64,000 bases of DNA from Pocillopora damicornis (lineage: Eukaryota), in contig NW_020845694.1 of the NCBI RefSeq assembly GCF_003704095.1, positions 372,001 to 436,000 on the forward strand. The letters run 5' to 3'. The notes beneath the pieces are model-generated. The model worked only from the letters and a program-made list of their open reading frames with translations. It was not told where the DNA came from and made no database searches. Within the stretch, counting starts at the first letter, position 1, and the number at the start of each line of letters is the position of its first letter. Positions 1-13,889 of the stretch are shown here, in pieces. The translations under genes and the position numbers were made by a program.

Positions 1-3000
1 GAAAGTCATAATATGCTGGAAATTGCTGAGTATAGAAATTTTGTTTATCACCACAGTTTCCCCTATTGACTCCAAAGGTGTCTTGTGGAGTTATGTACAG
101 CTCCATTTCCACATCTTTTGGATTCGGAACTGAAACACTTTGGGACAACAGCACTTTAGAGTCTTGCATTTCCATCTCATCAACTAATACATCCTCTCCA
201 TTGTTTCTTTGAGTGTAAGGATTATTCGATCCATTGATTTTGATTTCTGGTATACTGAAGTTAGGATCCCTGTGTTGTGCATAGGCAATATTTTCTTGGA
301 ACTCCACAGAGTATACATCTCTGTTTCTTTCTTCTGGATTCAGCAAGTAGCGAACTTCTTCAGATCTTGCTAAGGTGAATGTATTGTAGTTTTGAGATGT
401 TTGGAGCATAGGATCTGCCCCATTCTCCAAAAGATACTTAACCACCTGTAAAACAAAGCAAATTAAAATAAAAAATAAGTTCATTCTCATTCATAATTAA
501 ACTCACTGTCTCCACATTTTTGCCACAACTTGCCAGAGCACAATCAGAAGCCTATTTACATGTACATGAATGCTGCTCTGTCAGGTGGATGATAAACAAC
601 AAAGCGTTAGCCATTCTCAATCCAAGGTCATTTGTGGAAAATTTCTTGGTTAATGGCTGCTAAAATTACTGAAAATGTTATATCATTTACAGACAGTGAT
701 GTTCAAAATTTCTTCAAAGCAGAAGAAAACCAAAATACAAGAAGAAAAATTGCAAGTTACTCGACTTTGGGAATGGAAGTTTTCATCACTGAGAAGAAAG
801 TCAACAACTGGAAGATTTGCCAAATGTCACTTTTGGCTGTGTACCTGAGGAGAGGTTTCTACTGTCGGTACCTAAAAATTCAATAATGGAGAATTCTGTG
901 AATTGAAAGTCATGCCCATTGTTTGTTCTTGTTGTAATTCAACGTATTTTTTCATCTTGAGCCATATCGCCAAAGCACTTTATAATTTATTTTTTTTTTA
1001 TGGTGGACCCTTCCTTTTTTTCATTCATTAATAAAGTTGACTTTTAAAGTCAGTAAGGGCTTATAGTGTTTATATGATAAACAAAATAATACATGGTTGT
1101 TTGTAGATATGGAATTTCTCTTCAAGTGTTTGCCCCCATAATTCACAAGTAAGATATGGAAGCAAACACTCAAAGAGAAATTCCATATCTACCTGCGTCC
1201 ATGTATTATTATTTATTTCTCAGAGTACAAACCTCCACATGGTCGTTAATTACAGCATCGTGCAATGGTGTAATAGCTGTATAACCTGGACTGTTCACTT
1301 CTGCACCGCTCTGGACTAATTCCTGGACAATACTTAGGTTACCACAGTTACAAGCTTCATGGAGGGGTGTCCACCCTTAAAAAACAATAGTATTAATGCT
1401 TAACTTTGTGCATGTACCAAACCATAATAAGACCACAGTCCCCTCATTCCTGTAGCAGTCTGCCTGGTCAGATATGGAAATCAAATAGCCAATTTCCAAG
1501 TTGCCAAACAAGTTTTTCTCTATGTAGATAGAACAGGTAAGCTGAAACTCACAATCTGTCTTATTCTGTTTATTCTGTTTAATGTCCAAAGTCTTAGTTT
1601 AGTGAATAGAACAAGAAAAGTTGGAAATTTGCACTTTTTTGTGGAATAACAATACTATCTATTTTGGCAAAACTTTTTCCATTTGACAACTGAGCGTGAA
1701 GCTTTTGAACTTAATTCACCAGCTCAGCTGTTAAAATCTCACCAGCATTATCCTTGGCATTTACCAATGCTCCAGCTTTTATCAAGGCAACAACATCCTC
1801 CAAGTCTCCTCTTATTGCTGCAACATGCAATGCTGTTTCTCCACGCGCATTCCTCTTTCGTATCCGTGTCTCAATTTGATTTTCCTTGCTCACATCTTTC
1901 TTGGCATTTGTCCTGTTGTAAAGAATTGACAGCTCATCACTGCTGTTGCTACCAGTTTCAAAATCTTGTTTTGCTTCTCTGGCTGTTACTTCGAGGAGAT
2001 ATTGCAACTGTTGACGTTCTGTCAATGGAAAATTAGGTCTAGAGCTGTCTGTAGGAAGTGAGATTATAGGAGAAGTCTTTGGAGTCTTTGTTGTAGCCTG
2101 TCTTCTTGCTGTTAACAAAAATAGTTCAAAAAAGCTGAGTCAAATGCTTTCCAAACTTCAATAATAAGCACCCTCAAAGAAGCACCCACCCCCAGGCCAT
2201 AATGGCAAACAAGTGCCTGCCCTTGAATAAGCACCCCCTTCCTCCCTCATTTTCTTATACATACATACATTTTATTACTCAGTATTTACAATTTTTTGTG
2301 CATCCACAGTTAGCTTGAGTGCTATTCTAGGTGAGTTGCATGTTAGACGTAAAACCGTTATATAAGTGTTCATAAATTACTTATGATCTAATAATTTTGT
2401 CTATAGGACAAATTCACTGTTACAGAATATATAAATTTACAATATCATATCAGAATTAGAAGTACAAATTTACCTAAGGACTAACTAAGGATATAACATG
2501 TTGGCAGCTAAAAAACACACTACAATTAGTTAAAACATTTCAGAAAAGCTTGACCTTTTGACTGATTTGTCAAGTGTCAATATATGAGTCTTCTAAAATG
2601 AGAATGTCAAAGAGTTTTATTGCCTTTTTTAACTCATTTCAAATCAGTACAAGAGAATAGCTTTTTTTCCCTTCTTGTTTTGTCTATCTCCATATGCTTG
2701 CAGAGGTCCTTTACATATATCATCAGTTCTCTTTTATTTTTATCCTAACTTAAAAAGCACCCCCCCTCCTTTTTAGTGCCCAAGAGCTTATTTGAGGAAA
2801 TACAATAACTTAGTTTTTTTGCAATTTTTTTTTCACAAAAAAATTGTTTGGTGAAAAAATGGCACTCCATTAATTAGTTACACTGGCAGTATTAGAAAAT
2901 CAATTAACTAGCATAATGTACCTTTGTTCACAGGAGAATTTTGGCCACTTTGCATAAAAAGTTTTCGTTTTGAAACAAGTTTTCCTGATTTCTTTTTGTA

Positions 3001-3931
3001 GGAGTTTATGGGATCCTGGGAATAGAAATACAACAAATAATTCATTTTACTACAAGTCAAATAATACAATCAATAAGACTGCATAGAATATACCAAAGAC
3101 CTGGAGAGAAAAGGTGCCACACATCAGTGTTTTCCAACAGAGAGAGCTTATTGCTTGCCACAAGAAAACAGAACAATCCTTGTACCAAGAGAAAATTCAT
3201 AGAAACAATTTATTTAAGAAAAATAAAACAAGTCATCATTGTAAATTTCCAAAGTCACAATTTTTTTTATCAATAGTGTGATAAACCTTGTTTTTCTATA
3301 CTTTATATACTTATACTATACTCAATTTTCCCTTGTTTCCTAGGAAATGAAAGTAAATTTAAAATATATTGTTTGTTTAAATAAAGAAATGTTTACCCCC
3401 AAAGATTTGGAACATGATTTTTCATGTAAAACAATGAGTAATTTATTTTGAAAAATAAACAAAAGAAAGCTTTACATGGAACCAGCTGTTGCATATAAAC
3501 GTTTCAAAAATTTCATTGTTTGGGGCTTTTTTTCTACTTCCGTGACAAAATGCAAAACACTGATCATTGCCTTCGAAATTTAGGCTTCTTAAATGAACAC
3601 GAAATTATCTAATAATTTAATTTTATTAAGGGAATCTTCCTAAAAGGTAGATTACAAAATAACCAAAATGACTTTGGGAATAGTTTTAAGGCCATGATCG
3701 CCAATTGAGCATGTTAAAAAATTATCATCTTAGCACTTATAGGTCAATATACCGCGTAAACACACATAAGCTTACTTTGAACGGAGTATTTGGTTCTAGC
3801 TCTGAGTCAATCGCGTCCTGAGGCGTGATGTGCAAAGGTCCTGATTCTGTCAAAATCGTGTTGCTGGGTGTACTCGGAGAAGTTGGGATTCCTATTAAAC
3901 ATTTGGAAAATTGATTCCTCTGAGCGGCCAT
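1..3931 (-). CDS. Ankyrin-repeat protein of the ANKRD31/BARD1/ANKRD11-12 type; 3' end lies outside the window
   Basis: GT-AG exons in consistent phase: 3931-3776 (ATG, MAAQRNQF...), 3015-2922, 2108-1743, 1375-1233, 445-<1. The spliced protein contains KRNARGETALHVAAIRGD...KDNAGWTPLHEACNCGN...ITPLHDAVINDHVEVVKYLLENGADP, i.e. three ankyrin repeats. KRNARGE most resembles ANKRD31 from memory; orthology not proven. Confidence 0.85.
560..1210 (+). mobile_element. Degenerate non-autonomous element, probably Crypton/DUF3504-related, with a terminal hairpin
   Basis: Frameshifted peptide SDVQNFFKAEENQNTRRK...QLEDLP...ERFLLSV resembles the N-terminus of Crypton/KIAA1958-like proteins. An imperfect inverted repeat spans about 1085-1210 (ataatacatgg..gtagatatggaatttctctt / aagagaaattccatatctac..ccatgtattat). 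Intronic. Confidence 0.45.
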
Positions 3932-4593
3932 GTTATAGCGCTGAAAGAAAATAATCAATTGGATAAATTGCGAGCACATCTAAAACTGTTCATCGCAGAT
4001 AACAGCTGTGAACTAACAAAAAGCATAGTATAAGTTTCTTTTTCACTATAAGTTTGGAAGACATTAAACGTGAGCCACTTCTTCAATTAATGAAGCGAGG
4101 GCATAACAGAGCTGTATCTTTGAATCGAAATACTGAATCTTGGAAGATTAAATTGCTTAGGGTTAGGGTTTAAAGTTCAACAGCAATCGTTAGTACAGAA
4201 GCGTAAGCGTACACTCGACAGCGCGGAACTAAATAAATAAGCTTACAGAACGGTTTTGCCATTTGACAAATGTCTGGCAAAACATCATGAGACTTTCTGT
4301 TCACCACCCGTTCGCAATCGAAAATTATGCAAGACTGCTGTAAACAAGACGCGCTATTGAAACTGAACCTATTCGCTATCAACCAAAGATGCGTTCAGAC
4401 ATGAATCACTCCACGTAACGAATAAAAATACTCTCCGAAATATAATCATTACCTGATGGATTGTGCATGAATCCGTCTTCCTTTTAATTTCGCGTCTCCT
4501 GGCAGCCTCACAGCTAAAAATGTATAATAAGTTGATGATTGACTAAGAAACTCGCTTTCGCTCTGTTGTTCTTTGTTCCTTTCAAGATTATGA

Positions 4594-4605
4594 TTCCCGC
4601 CAAAA
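4594..4605 (-). promoter_or_regulatory. E2F-type site upstream of the ankyrin gene's putative 5'UTR exon
   Basis: TTTTGGCGGGAA on the - strand, in a CpG-rich region about 140 bp from the putative 5'UTR exon donor at 4452. Confidence 0.4.
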
Positions 4606-6097
4606 GGACACATACGGGAATGTTATTCGATGTTTCTGCTGACCAGTGTGAAGCCGGCTAATCGGTTAATCGTAAGTCCGCACTGGACATAAAGAAGTGG
4701 TTGACGGACAACAAAAGAGCCTCGAATCAATATCCCACAAAACTGCTAAAGTCGAGTACTCGTAGAATTTTTTTGTCGAAATCCTCAAGCACATTTCTAC
4801 AAATTGTATAAAAATTATTGATATCTCGAGAATATCTCTTGTTTCTGATAAAAATTTAAATAACAAATAGATAAATAAACAGGACCCTTTTTTTTTCTTC
4901 AAGGAGTTGGAACAGTATGTAACAGATCGTCTATGAATTAAGACGTAAAAAGAACTGTCATAACAACATAGAGTAGTTACTTCTGATGGTTTATCGGCTG
5001 GCATCTTCGCGATAATTCTGGCAAAGAAATGAGTAACTCAGGAAGAATCTATCTTAGAAGACAGCGCTGAGCAGGAAATTAGCTAAAAATGGTAGACACG
5101 TCTCTAAATATTCATTAATTTTCTAGACAACTTAGCACTCTCTAATTTTTAATAGAAAACTCTCAAATAACCTTCAAAATATCCGGATGTTTGTGAAGAG
5201 GCTTGAAAACAAATATTTTGGACGTGGTCATTAGGTGACAGAAAAATATCATTAATTCCTAATCGTGATCGCGTGTTCTCGTTGACTTCAGCAACAGACT
5301 CCCAATATACAACGGGGATAAAATGGGGATGACATTCATGACTAGATTAAAAAACCCAACTTGGAAAAGCTGCGAATGACTTTTTCGGAGCTGTGCGGAT
5401 TGGAAGCTCCTGGAAGCACCCTTTCTATATATATTGACTAATAGAAACTTGTCAAAATCGTTAGAATGTTGAAATTTTTACGTCGTGAAGATTGTCGGAA
5501 ATGTGTTCCACGTTTACGCAAAATGAAGGCGGTACACATCCACTCACTGACCGCAGGAAATATCGATTTTTCCTGGGAGGTGGAAGTGACTGTTTAACAG
5601 CCCAAGAAAATCAAAGCTTGTCCAAATATGTAAAATTCTAGTTTCCAGAAAATTTCAGTCATTATCATGAAATATTTTAAAGGTAATGAATCGCAAATTA
5701 AAAGCAATTAGAAAGCCTCTGTCACGCATGCCACTGGAAAATAAATATTTAAAAATCATCGTGTTATTTGCGTCACGCAACATAAGATTGAAATTTTAGC
5801 CACGTCCTAAAATTCTTTCAGATGAATTGGAGTTTTCTTTGGCTAATTTTTATGCTAAGTTCACTGTTATCAAGTTGCTGAATATTTGTGGCTTTATCAG
5901 GAACCGGTCCCGAATTGTTTGATAATTTCATGCGTTTTAATTTTGGATTGTAGGACCAACAATTAACATATTATCAAGTGACGTCACTGCATTGTGATAC
6001 TTAATCGGAGGTGTTGGTTCGGTTCGCATCAGTCAGTAATCGCACGTGAATCTTCGTGGTACCGTAATTTTTCCCTATTATCACTTTGATACGCACC

Positions 6098-9000
6098 ATG
6101 GCGGCCATCGATAAAGATGCGATCTCTAAGTCTTACCTCGATGTTCGGGACGACAAATCTGAAACAAACTGGTGAGTTGAAATGAATTCAAACGTTTTGT
6201 TTCTAGAAACCAAACCAGCCGGTAAAACAAATATCTTGTTGCAAGGCTACGGTAGTTTATTCTATTCATTATTAGACAGATCGGCAATGCGGCTAGGTGC
6301 TTCAAAGTGATAAGAAAAAAACGATTATTTCCTCTCGCACTTTGCCATTTTACTTCTAATGTTTGAATGGGCGATATTTTTCAAAAAGGGAATAGTGAGA
6401 GTGACATCTGAGAGCAACTTTGTCTGGGCAGGTCTTACATTACTTATGTCGAAATTTCCGCTTAAAAGATTAACACATCGACTTCGTGATTACGGAAATA
6501 ACTCATCGATATTCGCTGTAGAGTTGACAGATGAATATCTTATGATCAGTGGATTAATATCGCTTTTGTGAGCAAATTGTTGAAGCACGCTCGAAATTTT
6601 TTTGTAGAAATATTTAACTTCCAAAGTGCATTATAAACTTCAAAATTATTTATTTAGAGGCAGCCGTGTTTGTCTTTCACACTTCCTGGGAGGGAGTATC
6701 TCTATCAGGCTATTTAAGGAGATTTTGAAGCTAGGCGTTATCCGGGATTGCTAAAAATTTCGAGAACGTAAACTTAAAGGTTATATTACCCGAGTCGATT
6801 TTTAACGGCAAGATGCGGTTGCCGACTCTTGAAGAAAGTTGCAACGAAAGTTGAATTTTAATTAAACTCGTTCAACACGAGCTAAAACCGGCTTCCCTAA
6901 TCGCCTCGTGTAGCGCGTGGCTGGATTGGTAAAGAAAAATCCAGGGGACGCCCCCTTTATACAGAGGAGTGTCAAGGAAACACAGTCAGACGCCCTCCAA
7001 TTTTATACACAGAAATAAATGTAATGGAGAAAAAACATTCCAGGAAATGCATTTGAAGCAACAAAGAAAGCAAAAGGAAGATGAACTTTGTTCATTTGAC
7101 CGTTACTAGAGTGAATTTCAAGATCGATAGTGACAAATTTAAGAATTTGTGGGACATTTTCCTCGAACACTTCGATCAAGCCGGATCGTCCGTCACATAG
7201 TAGAACAAATCCATTAACGTATGAAATATATGAACATAATGCATCCTCGAAACTTCGGTGGAAAATGATAAAAATCGAATAATAATCACAAAAATGAAAA
7301 AATTACGCAACGTGAAGAGAGCGAGAGGTTACGTAAACACATGTTCGAGAGGAATAAAGACAGATCCCGTCGTCTCATGATTCTAAATAAATGTGGCGTC
7401 ATTAGGATTACTAAACTCCTTCGCGACCATATGTCACGCAACGCTTGATTTGAGGGCCGGGAAGCGTAACGAGCGACCAGGCGTCATTTTTAATCAGCGG
7501 GAGCGCAAGAGAGTCTAACGGTACTTCGCACTCTCTCCGTCGAAAAAAAAAACCGTCTAGTCACTGTTTTTACGCTTCTACCCCTCCCATCAAGGTAGCG
7601 TTGTGCGGCCTCTCAAAGAACGTCAACGAGGTAGCCATAGAACGTAACGGGCAGATTTAGTCTACGTGCAGTCGTACCCTCTCCTTGTGGGGGAAGGGTA
7701 AGACTACACACAGGCTAAGGTAGATTTCTCTAGAGTGGTGTTATATTATTCAAAATAGCTCCTTTCGGATGTTAAATTTCTATACCGTATCAACTCAATG
7801 GGTTACATTTTTATAGACCCTCTGGTGGCGTCCCACGACGCGGGACTAGTCAATATTTTGTTACTTACTTGTTACTTCTGTTCACTTGTTTCAATATGAA
7901 ATCATCAAGTGAACAAATCCCGTCGACAACCTGACCATTTTTCAAGTTCCGTCACTATGTTACCAGCTACTGCTGTTACTGGGAAGAGTCAGTACTATCA
8001 ATGCAAAATATACGGTGAAAAAACATCTCTTGACCCCAAACGACTAGAAACGTTGCAAGTCTTTTGCAATGAACTCTGTGCCAAACAGCCATCTGGAGAA
8101 TTGATCTAACGGGAAAAGATAGGCTCATAGTAGATCGAGTCCGCCTTTCCTCACTTGCTCTCTGTCGTGGAAGGATTTCCTCCTAAACAAAAGAGGTTGT
8201 GACATGGTACGAACTGAAAAAAGGGGGGAAGGTTTCCATCTCGTCCCCATTATCTCGCCGACAAAATATTCTAATACGAAGGAACTGTTATTATTTTCCA
8301 TCATTTAGTTATTGTCTTGTCTAATTATTAACAAAAATAAGGAGGATGCGGGGTTTTTGCGGGTGTAAATTCCGTTGTTTTATTTACGATTTCAGGGCTG
8401 TTTACAAATATAGTGACAAGACTATCGTACACGCCGCATCAGGAACTGACTACCAAGAATTCCGTTCACACTTTACCGGTGAGTTATATATTCTTACAGT
8501 GGTTCCAGCTTTCAACGGGGGGATGTTGTCTTATTTGGCACTTAAAAAGGCATAACAGAGAAGGAGAATTAATATACAGATCTTGAGATTTTTAGGATTT
8601 GGGGAGACTAATAGAGAAACGAACTCACAGGGTGCGAGCGAGAGACTCGTTTGCACGCGAGGTCGCGTAGTGGCGAACGACGAGAATAAGTTCGTCGTAA
8701 CCACTTATTTTCGGCACGAAATTGTGAGGTACAGGGGAAGGGCATTTGTCATGGCTTCATGGCTCACTCGCATCCGGCGTAGTAGGCAATTTTTTGAGCT
8801 CACGCTTTTTCCGTTTCACACCCCTCTCGTCTTCGCCGCTTAAAGCCTCAAAGCGCACACGAAACTGCCGGCAACGAAGACTGACTCTCTCGTGGCTTAA
8901 ACCTTTTTCGTTTTTCTTCCTTCACCGACGCAGAGCGTATATCTTGCGGTACATCATACACAAGTGCCTTACTAGCACTCGGAGACATGCCAGTTCCTTT

Positions 9001-9789
9001 TTTTTTTTTTTCCTTTGTTATGATATATCATCTTTCTTTTTCGCAGACAAACATTGAGGTCCCCTGCACCTTAAGACTTCTCCCTTGTCTCGTACCCGAA
9101 CCTTTCCCGGCTAAGCGGTTACAGTTACACGGTAGGATCTGGGTACGAGATTAACTTCCCCCCTACTCCTCATAGATGACAACTTTGCTTCATCTGAAAA
9201 CATATAATTTGTCTTAACAGAGGGTGAACGCGTCTATGGGTTTGTCCGCATCGAGACTGGCGACGAACTCAGCAAACGAGCCAAATTTGCTTTCATAACA
9301 TGGATCGGTGAGGGCGTTGGAGCACTACAAAAGGCCAAAGTCAGTACTGATAAGGCTTCAGTTAAACAGGTTGTTCAGGTGAGATTTAAGCAAGAAAAAG
9401 TCTCATTTCTTCAAGGGATCACCTATTTTCTATCGCCTTGGGGGAGAGGGGCTGAGTATATTTGGGGGATCAGTACTTTCAGGAGGAACGAAGGGGGAAC
9501 AGTCGTCACCGAAGAGTATAAAGGAGGGAATATAAAAAAAAAATTGACTGCCAGTGAGGGAGGGGGGTGGGGTGGGTGGGGTTGATCATAAGAATATTAA
9601 AGAGCCTTATGGGGGAATCACGTAAATTTTATTGTGACACAACAAAAATATTCTGATTCCCATCTTTTGCTTTTGTTGCAGGCCTTTGCCGTGGAAATCT
9701 TGGCAAACGATCCAGAGGAACTCGATTTCGATCATGTAAAATCAGTTCTCGTCAAGGCTGGTGGAGCGAACTATGGTACCGGAAAGTAA
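6098..9789 (+). CDS. COTL1: Coactosin-like protein (ADF-H domain), 140 aa
   Basis: Exons 6098-6171, 8396-8478, 9221-9378, 9682-9789 (GT-AG, in phase) give MAAIDKDAISKSYLDVRDDKSETNWAVYKY...ERVYGFVRIETGDELSKRAKFAFITWIGEGVGALQKAKVSTDKASVKQVVQAFAVE...VKAGGANYGTGK*. Confidence 0.96.
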
Positions 9790-10555
9790 CTCTAGGCCAA
9801 AGTCCACAAGCAGAGAATTTTATATGGTTATCTTCCTTCGTTAGAATTGATCATATTTCATTGACAGTAGCTAAATACCTCAAAATTTAATGTAACTACT
9901 TCTTATGTACCTCGATTTCCTGTGCTGTCCGGATCAGATGGATAAATGGAACTCTCTTTTGATTTAATTGCTGGATTAACAGATCTAAATTGAAGTCGAG
10001 CCAGTTCGGCGAAATTTGATTGGTCTTAATGTACAGAAATGCCTTCGTTTCGAAGAAGAATAAAATCTCTGGTACTATTTGTTTGGAAGTATTGGTGTAA
10101 CTCTTACTCGAGGGACTTTCACTTGAGTATCGAGATAAATCGCTCTGTGATTGGTTTAGGAAACTTGTGCAGCCACCCTCTTGACCAATCAAAGTGCTTC
10201 AAGTTGGCTGCGTATGACAGCTTGTGCCAGGCTCCCCGTTGATGAAGACAGACGAGAAAATGGGCGCACGAAAATGGCACCACGTGAACGCGGAGGTTGT
10301 GGTTACTTCTCGTTTTGCAATTTTCACGGCTCCTCGCTCTTATTTTAAATCCAATCTACCTTAGTTGAAGCCCATACTTACGCGACAGTGTTCCTTCTTT
10401 ATGTTGGAAATTCAGTGAATGGGAGTTTTTTCGCATTGTAATCGCTACTAAACGAAGTTGACCACAAAGATTTATTTGCTGGGTGATCACGAGCGGAAAT
10501 TTAAATTAAGAGTTACAGCATTTGGTCCGCCCAGTAGGTTAAGAAGATCTTAAAT

Positions 10556-12693
10556 TCACGATCCATCGATATCTGTTCCATTCGGATGCAACAATGGTGC
10601 ATCCTCGTTTCCTGGGAGGGACCTCTTGGATCGACCCATCCGTGTCTGCATAATGAGGAAATGAAGAAACACGTGGATTAGGAATCCAAGGTACATAGGT
10701 TCTCCTGCGTCGTGCAGCAACCTCAAACTCGTTCCTGTAATCTCACATCTGCAAATAATCAGATAAAATAATTTAAGGTTGAGTTCGTTTCATCAATCAC
10801 AAGGGCACTTCTCTATTGAGTATCATGAGATTGCAAACCATGACACTAAAAACTGAAGAACAAGTCTGGAACGACACAATTTGTTTTTTCCAGCAGAGAA
10901 GTTTTATCGAAAATAATGCATGAATTAACACATAAACCCGATCACATAGGTTTGACATAAGAAATGACATACCTTATTCTTTTATCAAGAGGACCAAAAT
11001 ATTGATCAACCAAACACGCTGCACAATTAGCCATGACTCCAAGCATCAGAGCAGGCACGAGAAAGTGGTTGATCTTCACATCTGGATTGTTTAAAGGTAA
11101 GGCGCGAGCATTCACGTGAAGAAACATGACCATCAAGAAAGTAGCCGTGAGGCCGCGAACCGACAGTTCTGCGCATGCCCAATGGTAGCTGCGTAAATAA
11201 TGTTGGCTGCTCGCCCAGAACTGAGCGAGAGCAGCATTGATCATCAAACTCGCAAAACCAACAGAACCCAGACAGCAAGCCTGGTAAACAGACAAGAAGA
11301 CCAGTGCAAGAAATGATGAGTGAAAAAAAAAGTAATTACGTACATCCTCTCATACACCGTTTACTAACACTAGAATCTACTCCTCAAATGCATCATTGAA
11401 ATGCACCAATACACTTTAGCACAATGTTAAAATGCATTTATAATTCTCCTCAATCTCCCTCCCTATTTTATCGCCATTAAATATGAGCGGTAATCTTAGC
11501 GATTCATTAATCATTAACTTACATTGGTGTCATCTCTCCTTTGAAAGATTTTTTCTCGGACCTGTGAAATCGCGAGAGATTAACGAAGAAACAGAGAAAA
11601 AATTAATCGAATGTCGAAAGTGATCTGGATTGCTTTATCGTGATTGGTCGAAGAAACTAGGGCCACCTTCTCAACCAATCAGATTCGAAACGAACACCAA
11701 TCCCTGCTTGGTCACTCGAGCTTCAAGCGATATGCCCTATTTCTTCTCTCATTGGCTCGTCGAGATGTTTTCGTTCATTCTGATTGGATGTTGTGATTAC
11801 TTTGGTTTTGACTTTAAGGTCTTACAAGACTCAGTCTAAATGCCCTCCAACGCCTGCATGAATGATTTGTATTATCCAGGCTTCAGTGAAGTTCCAATTC
11901 CTTAGAATTCTTAAACCGGTGGCAAAATGGTGGTACTGTGTTTTTTCCGTGACCAAAATCTTTTCCTTCTCACTATTCTATCAACGGATTATCCTAATTC
12001 ACATTATCAGTGTAGTACTCACCATGATTTTAACGCTCATTGACTCCTTGTCCTTCCTTTCGAAATCAAGCTTGTTCTTTAGCAAAAGAATCATCCCACA
12101 TACAAAAATACAGAGGGCATTTAAGAAATTCGTTGCAACACGTATGTAGACAGGCAACTCAAGGTTGTGCACGTAATAAACAGCGCAGCTGAATGGAGCG
12201 AGAAAGCAGAAAAATCCCAGTAGATACCCAAGGTTTCTGTACTGGCGATCTGAATAGGTCATATTGTAGATTCTGAAGGCTGTTTCATTTTCTCTGCCGG
12301 CGTTAGCTGTCTCAGCACCACCTGTTTCGTTTTGAATTTGCATCGAATGCTCAAGGAATATGAAAGAACACAGGAGACGATAGTCGATGGTGAGCGCTTT
12401 GTACATTAATTCCAACACGACGAACCACTCGCCGTACGTAATCCTTGCTCTGATCAAAACCAAGTCACTTTCCACATTCACTAGGCAGTCTACCCATTGA
12501 ACAAAGTTGAAAAATGCCAAGATCTTGAAATAAAACTGGGCATTTTCTCTGTAAGTTTCACGAATTCTTAAATTTCTTAACGAGATGTAAACTGCCGCCT
12601 GGATAGACTTTTGCACAATGAAAATTGCTTCGTAAGTCACAAGAAGGGGCCACAACTTACGTTGTTTTGAAGGCATCTCTTTCTCCGAAGCTT
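10556..12693 (-). CDS. Divergent otopetrin-like multi-pass membrane protein (putative proton channel); N-terminal part lost in the N-gap
   Basis: Exons >12693-12023, 11280-10973, 10748-10556 (TGA) splice in phase. About nine hydrophobic helices, with otopetrin-like motifs FIVQKSIQ, AFFNFVQW, YGEW...LTIDYRLLCS, MANC and PMYLGFLIH. Confidence 0.65.
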
Positions 12694-13889
12694 NNNNNNN
12701 NNNNNNNNNNNNNNNNNNNNNNNNNNNNNNNNNNNNNNNNNNNNNNNNNNNNNNNNNNNNNNNNNNNNNNNNNNNNNNNNNNNNNNNNNNNNNAAGCGCA
12801 TACGACGTCATCGATAATTTAGAACAATTTATCTTTTTGAAATAAAAAACACGATTACTTAAGAGCAAACAAACAACTGAAAGAAAACAAACCAACAAAA
12901 AACACAATTTACATGCAATAAAAGCGTGTATGATCTTTTTCCAAGATTTTTGATCCAAGGTTGTTTAAATTAGAATTATAATAATAATTATTATTATTAC
13001 AAATATAATCTTTACGTAATTGGTATATTTTATTATCAAACCGCAGAGAATAATAAAGTAGTCCCAGTCACCAATATAAAAAAATGCCTGACTTTTGCAA
13101 ACTGACCTGGAAAAACATGAATGAAATAAAAACTGCTATGAAATATTTGCTCTGATTAAAAATATGTATTAAAAATATGTAAATATATCTCAAATTTGAA
13201 GCCATGTTGTATCATTGTTGTATTAAAACCTAATATAAAAAATATCAACCATATTCAAAAGAACACCATCGGGTTGAGTATTACAGAATATTTCGATGGA
13301 GGAAATTTGCCTCTGCTTGGGTACAATTGTGATGAGAAGCCTAGTCTCGATTCTCTTATTTGCACCCGTTTGGGTTTCCGTAACCTAAAACACAAGTCAT
13401 ATGAACACTCTCCATACATGGACATTCTTCATAATTGGCCAACCCGATGGCTATTCCTTATATTCTTCCTAGCTTCGATAACAAGTTTTAAAACAATTGA
13501 ATTTTCACCGGAAAGCGAGGCCAGGAAAGCAGAATTTTATGAACATAAAAGAGCGATGATGAAGCCCGCCATTGTGAACGATGAGTACTCATGCAATCTA
13601 AAACTTAATTTCAACACTGTCATCCTTGTCACCGATATAGTAACATACAATCAGGCCTTTATTTTGAGCGCGGCAGGAAGCACCCGCAGAAGGTTTGAGA
13701 CGAGTTGGGGAGAGGTTTGCTGAGAGCTTTGGTACTAATAATGATCAGTGCGAGATCCGATTCAGTCCTTTCGCCGGCTGGCGTTGCCCCTATACTTTTC
13801 GGCGGGCAAAGCAACGCCCGCGCTGAATCGCTTCTAATGAAAGCTTGCTCCCAGGCTTTGGATGTGGATGAAGGCGGGAAATAGACTTT

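Noticed and set aside
9557-9583. G-rich tracts as functional G-quadruplexes (also about 23120, 38430 and 45335)
   Set aside because: Intronic, associated with common repeat remnants, with no independent support.
12694-12958. N-terminus of the 319-aa ORF (and other X-containing ORFs at 14.2, 17.9, 43.1, 44.4 and 56.4 kb)
   Set aside because: The frame is carried across N placeholders; sequence beyond the gap is AT-rich and non-coding-like.
13196-13723. 175-aa + strand ORF
   Set aside because: TTG start, no recognisable domain, antisense to the probable 3'UTR of the EF-hand gene.
13755-13860. GC-rich hairpin after the EF-hand stop as a SECIS or regulatory RNA
   Set aside because: No AUGA/GA quartet geometry, no in-frame TGA in the gene, and the cccaggct end resembles short MITE-like repeats elsewhere in the window.
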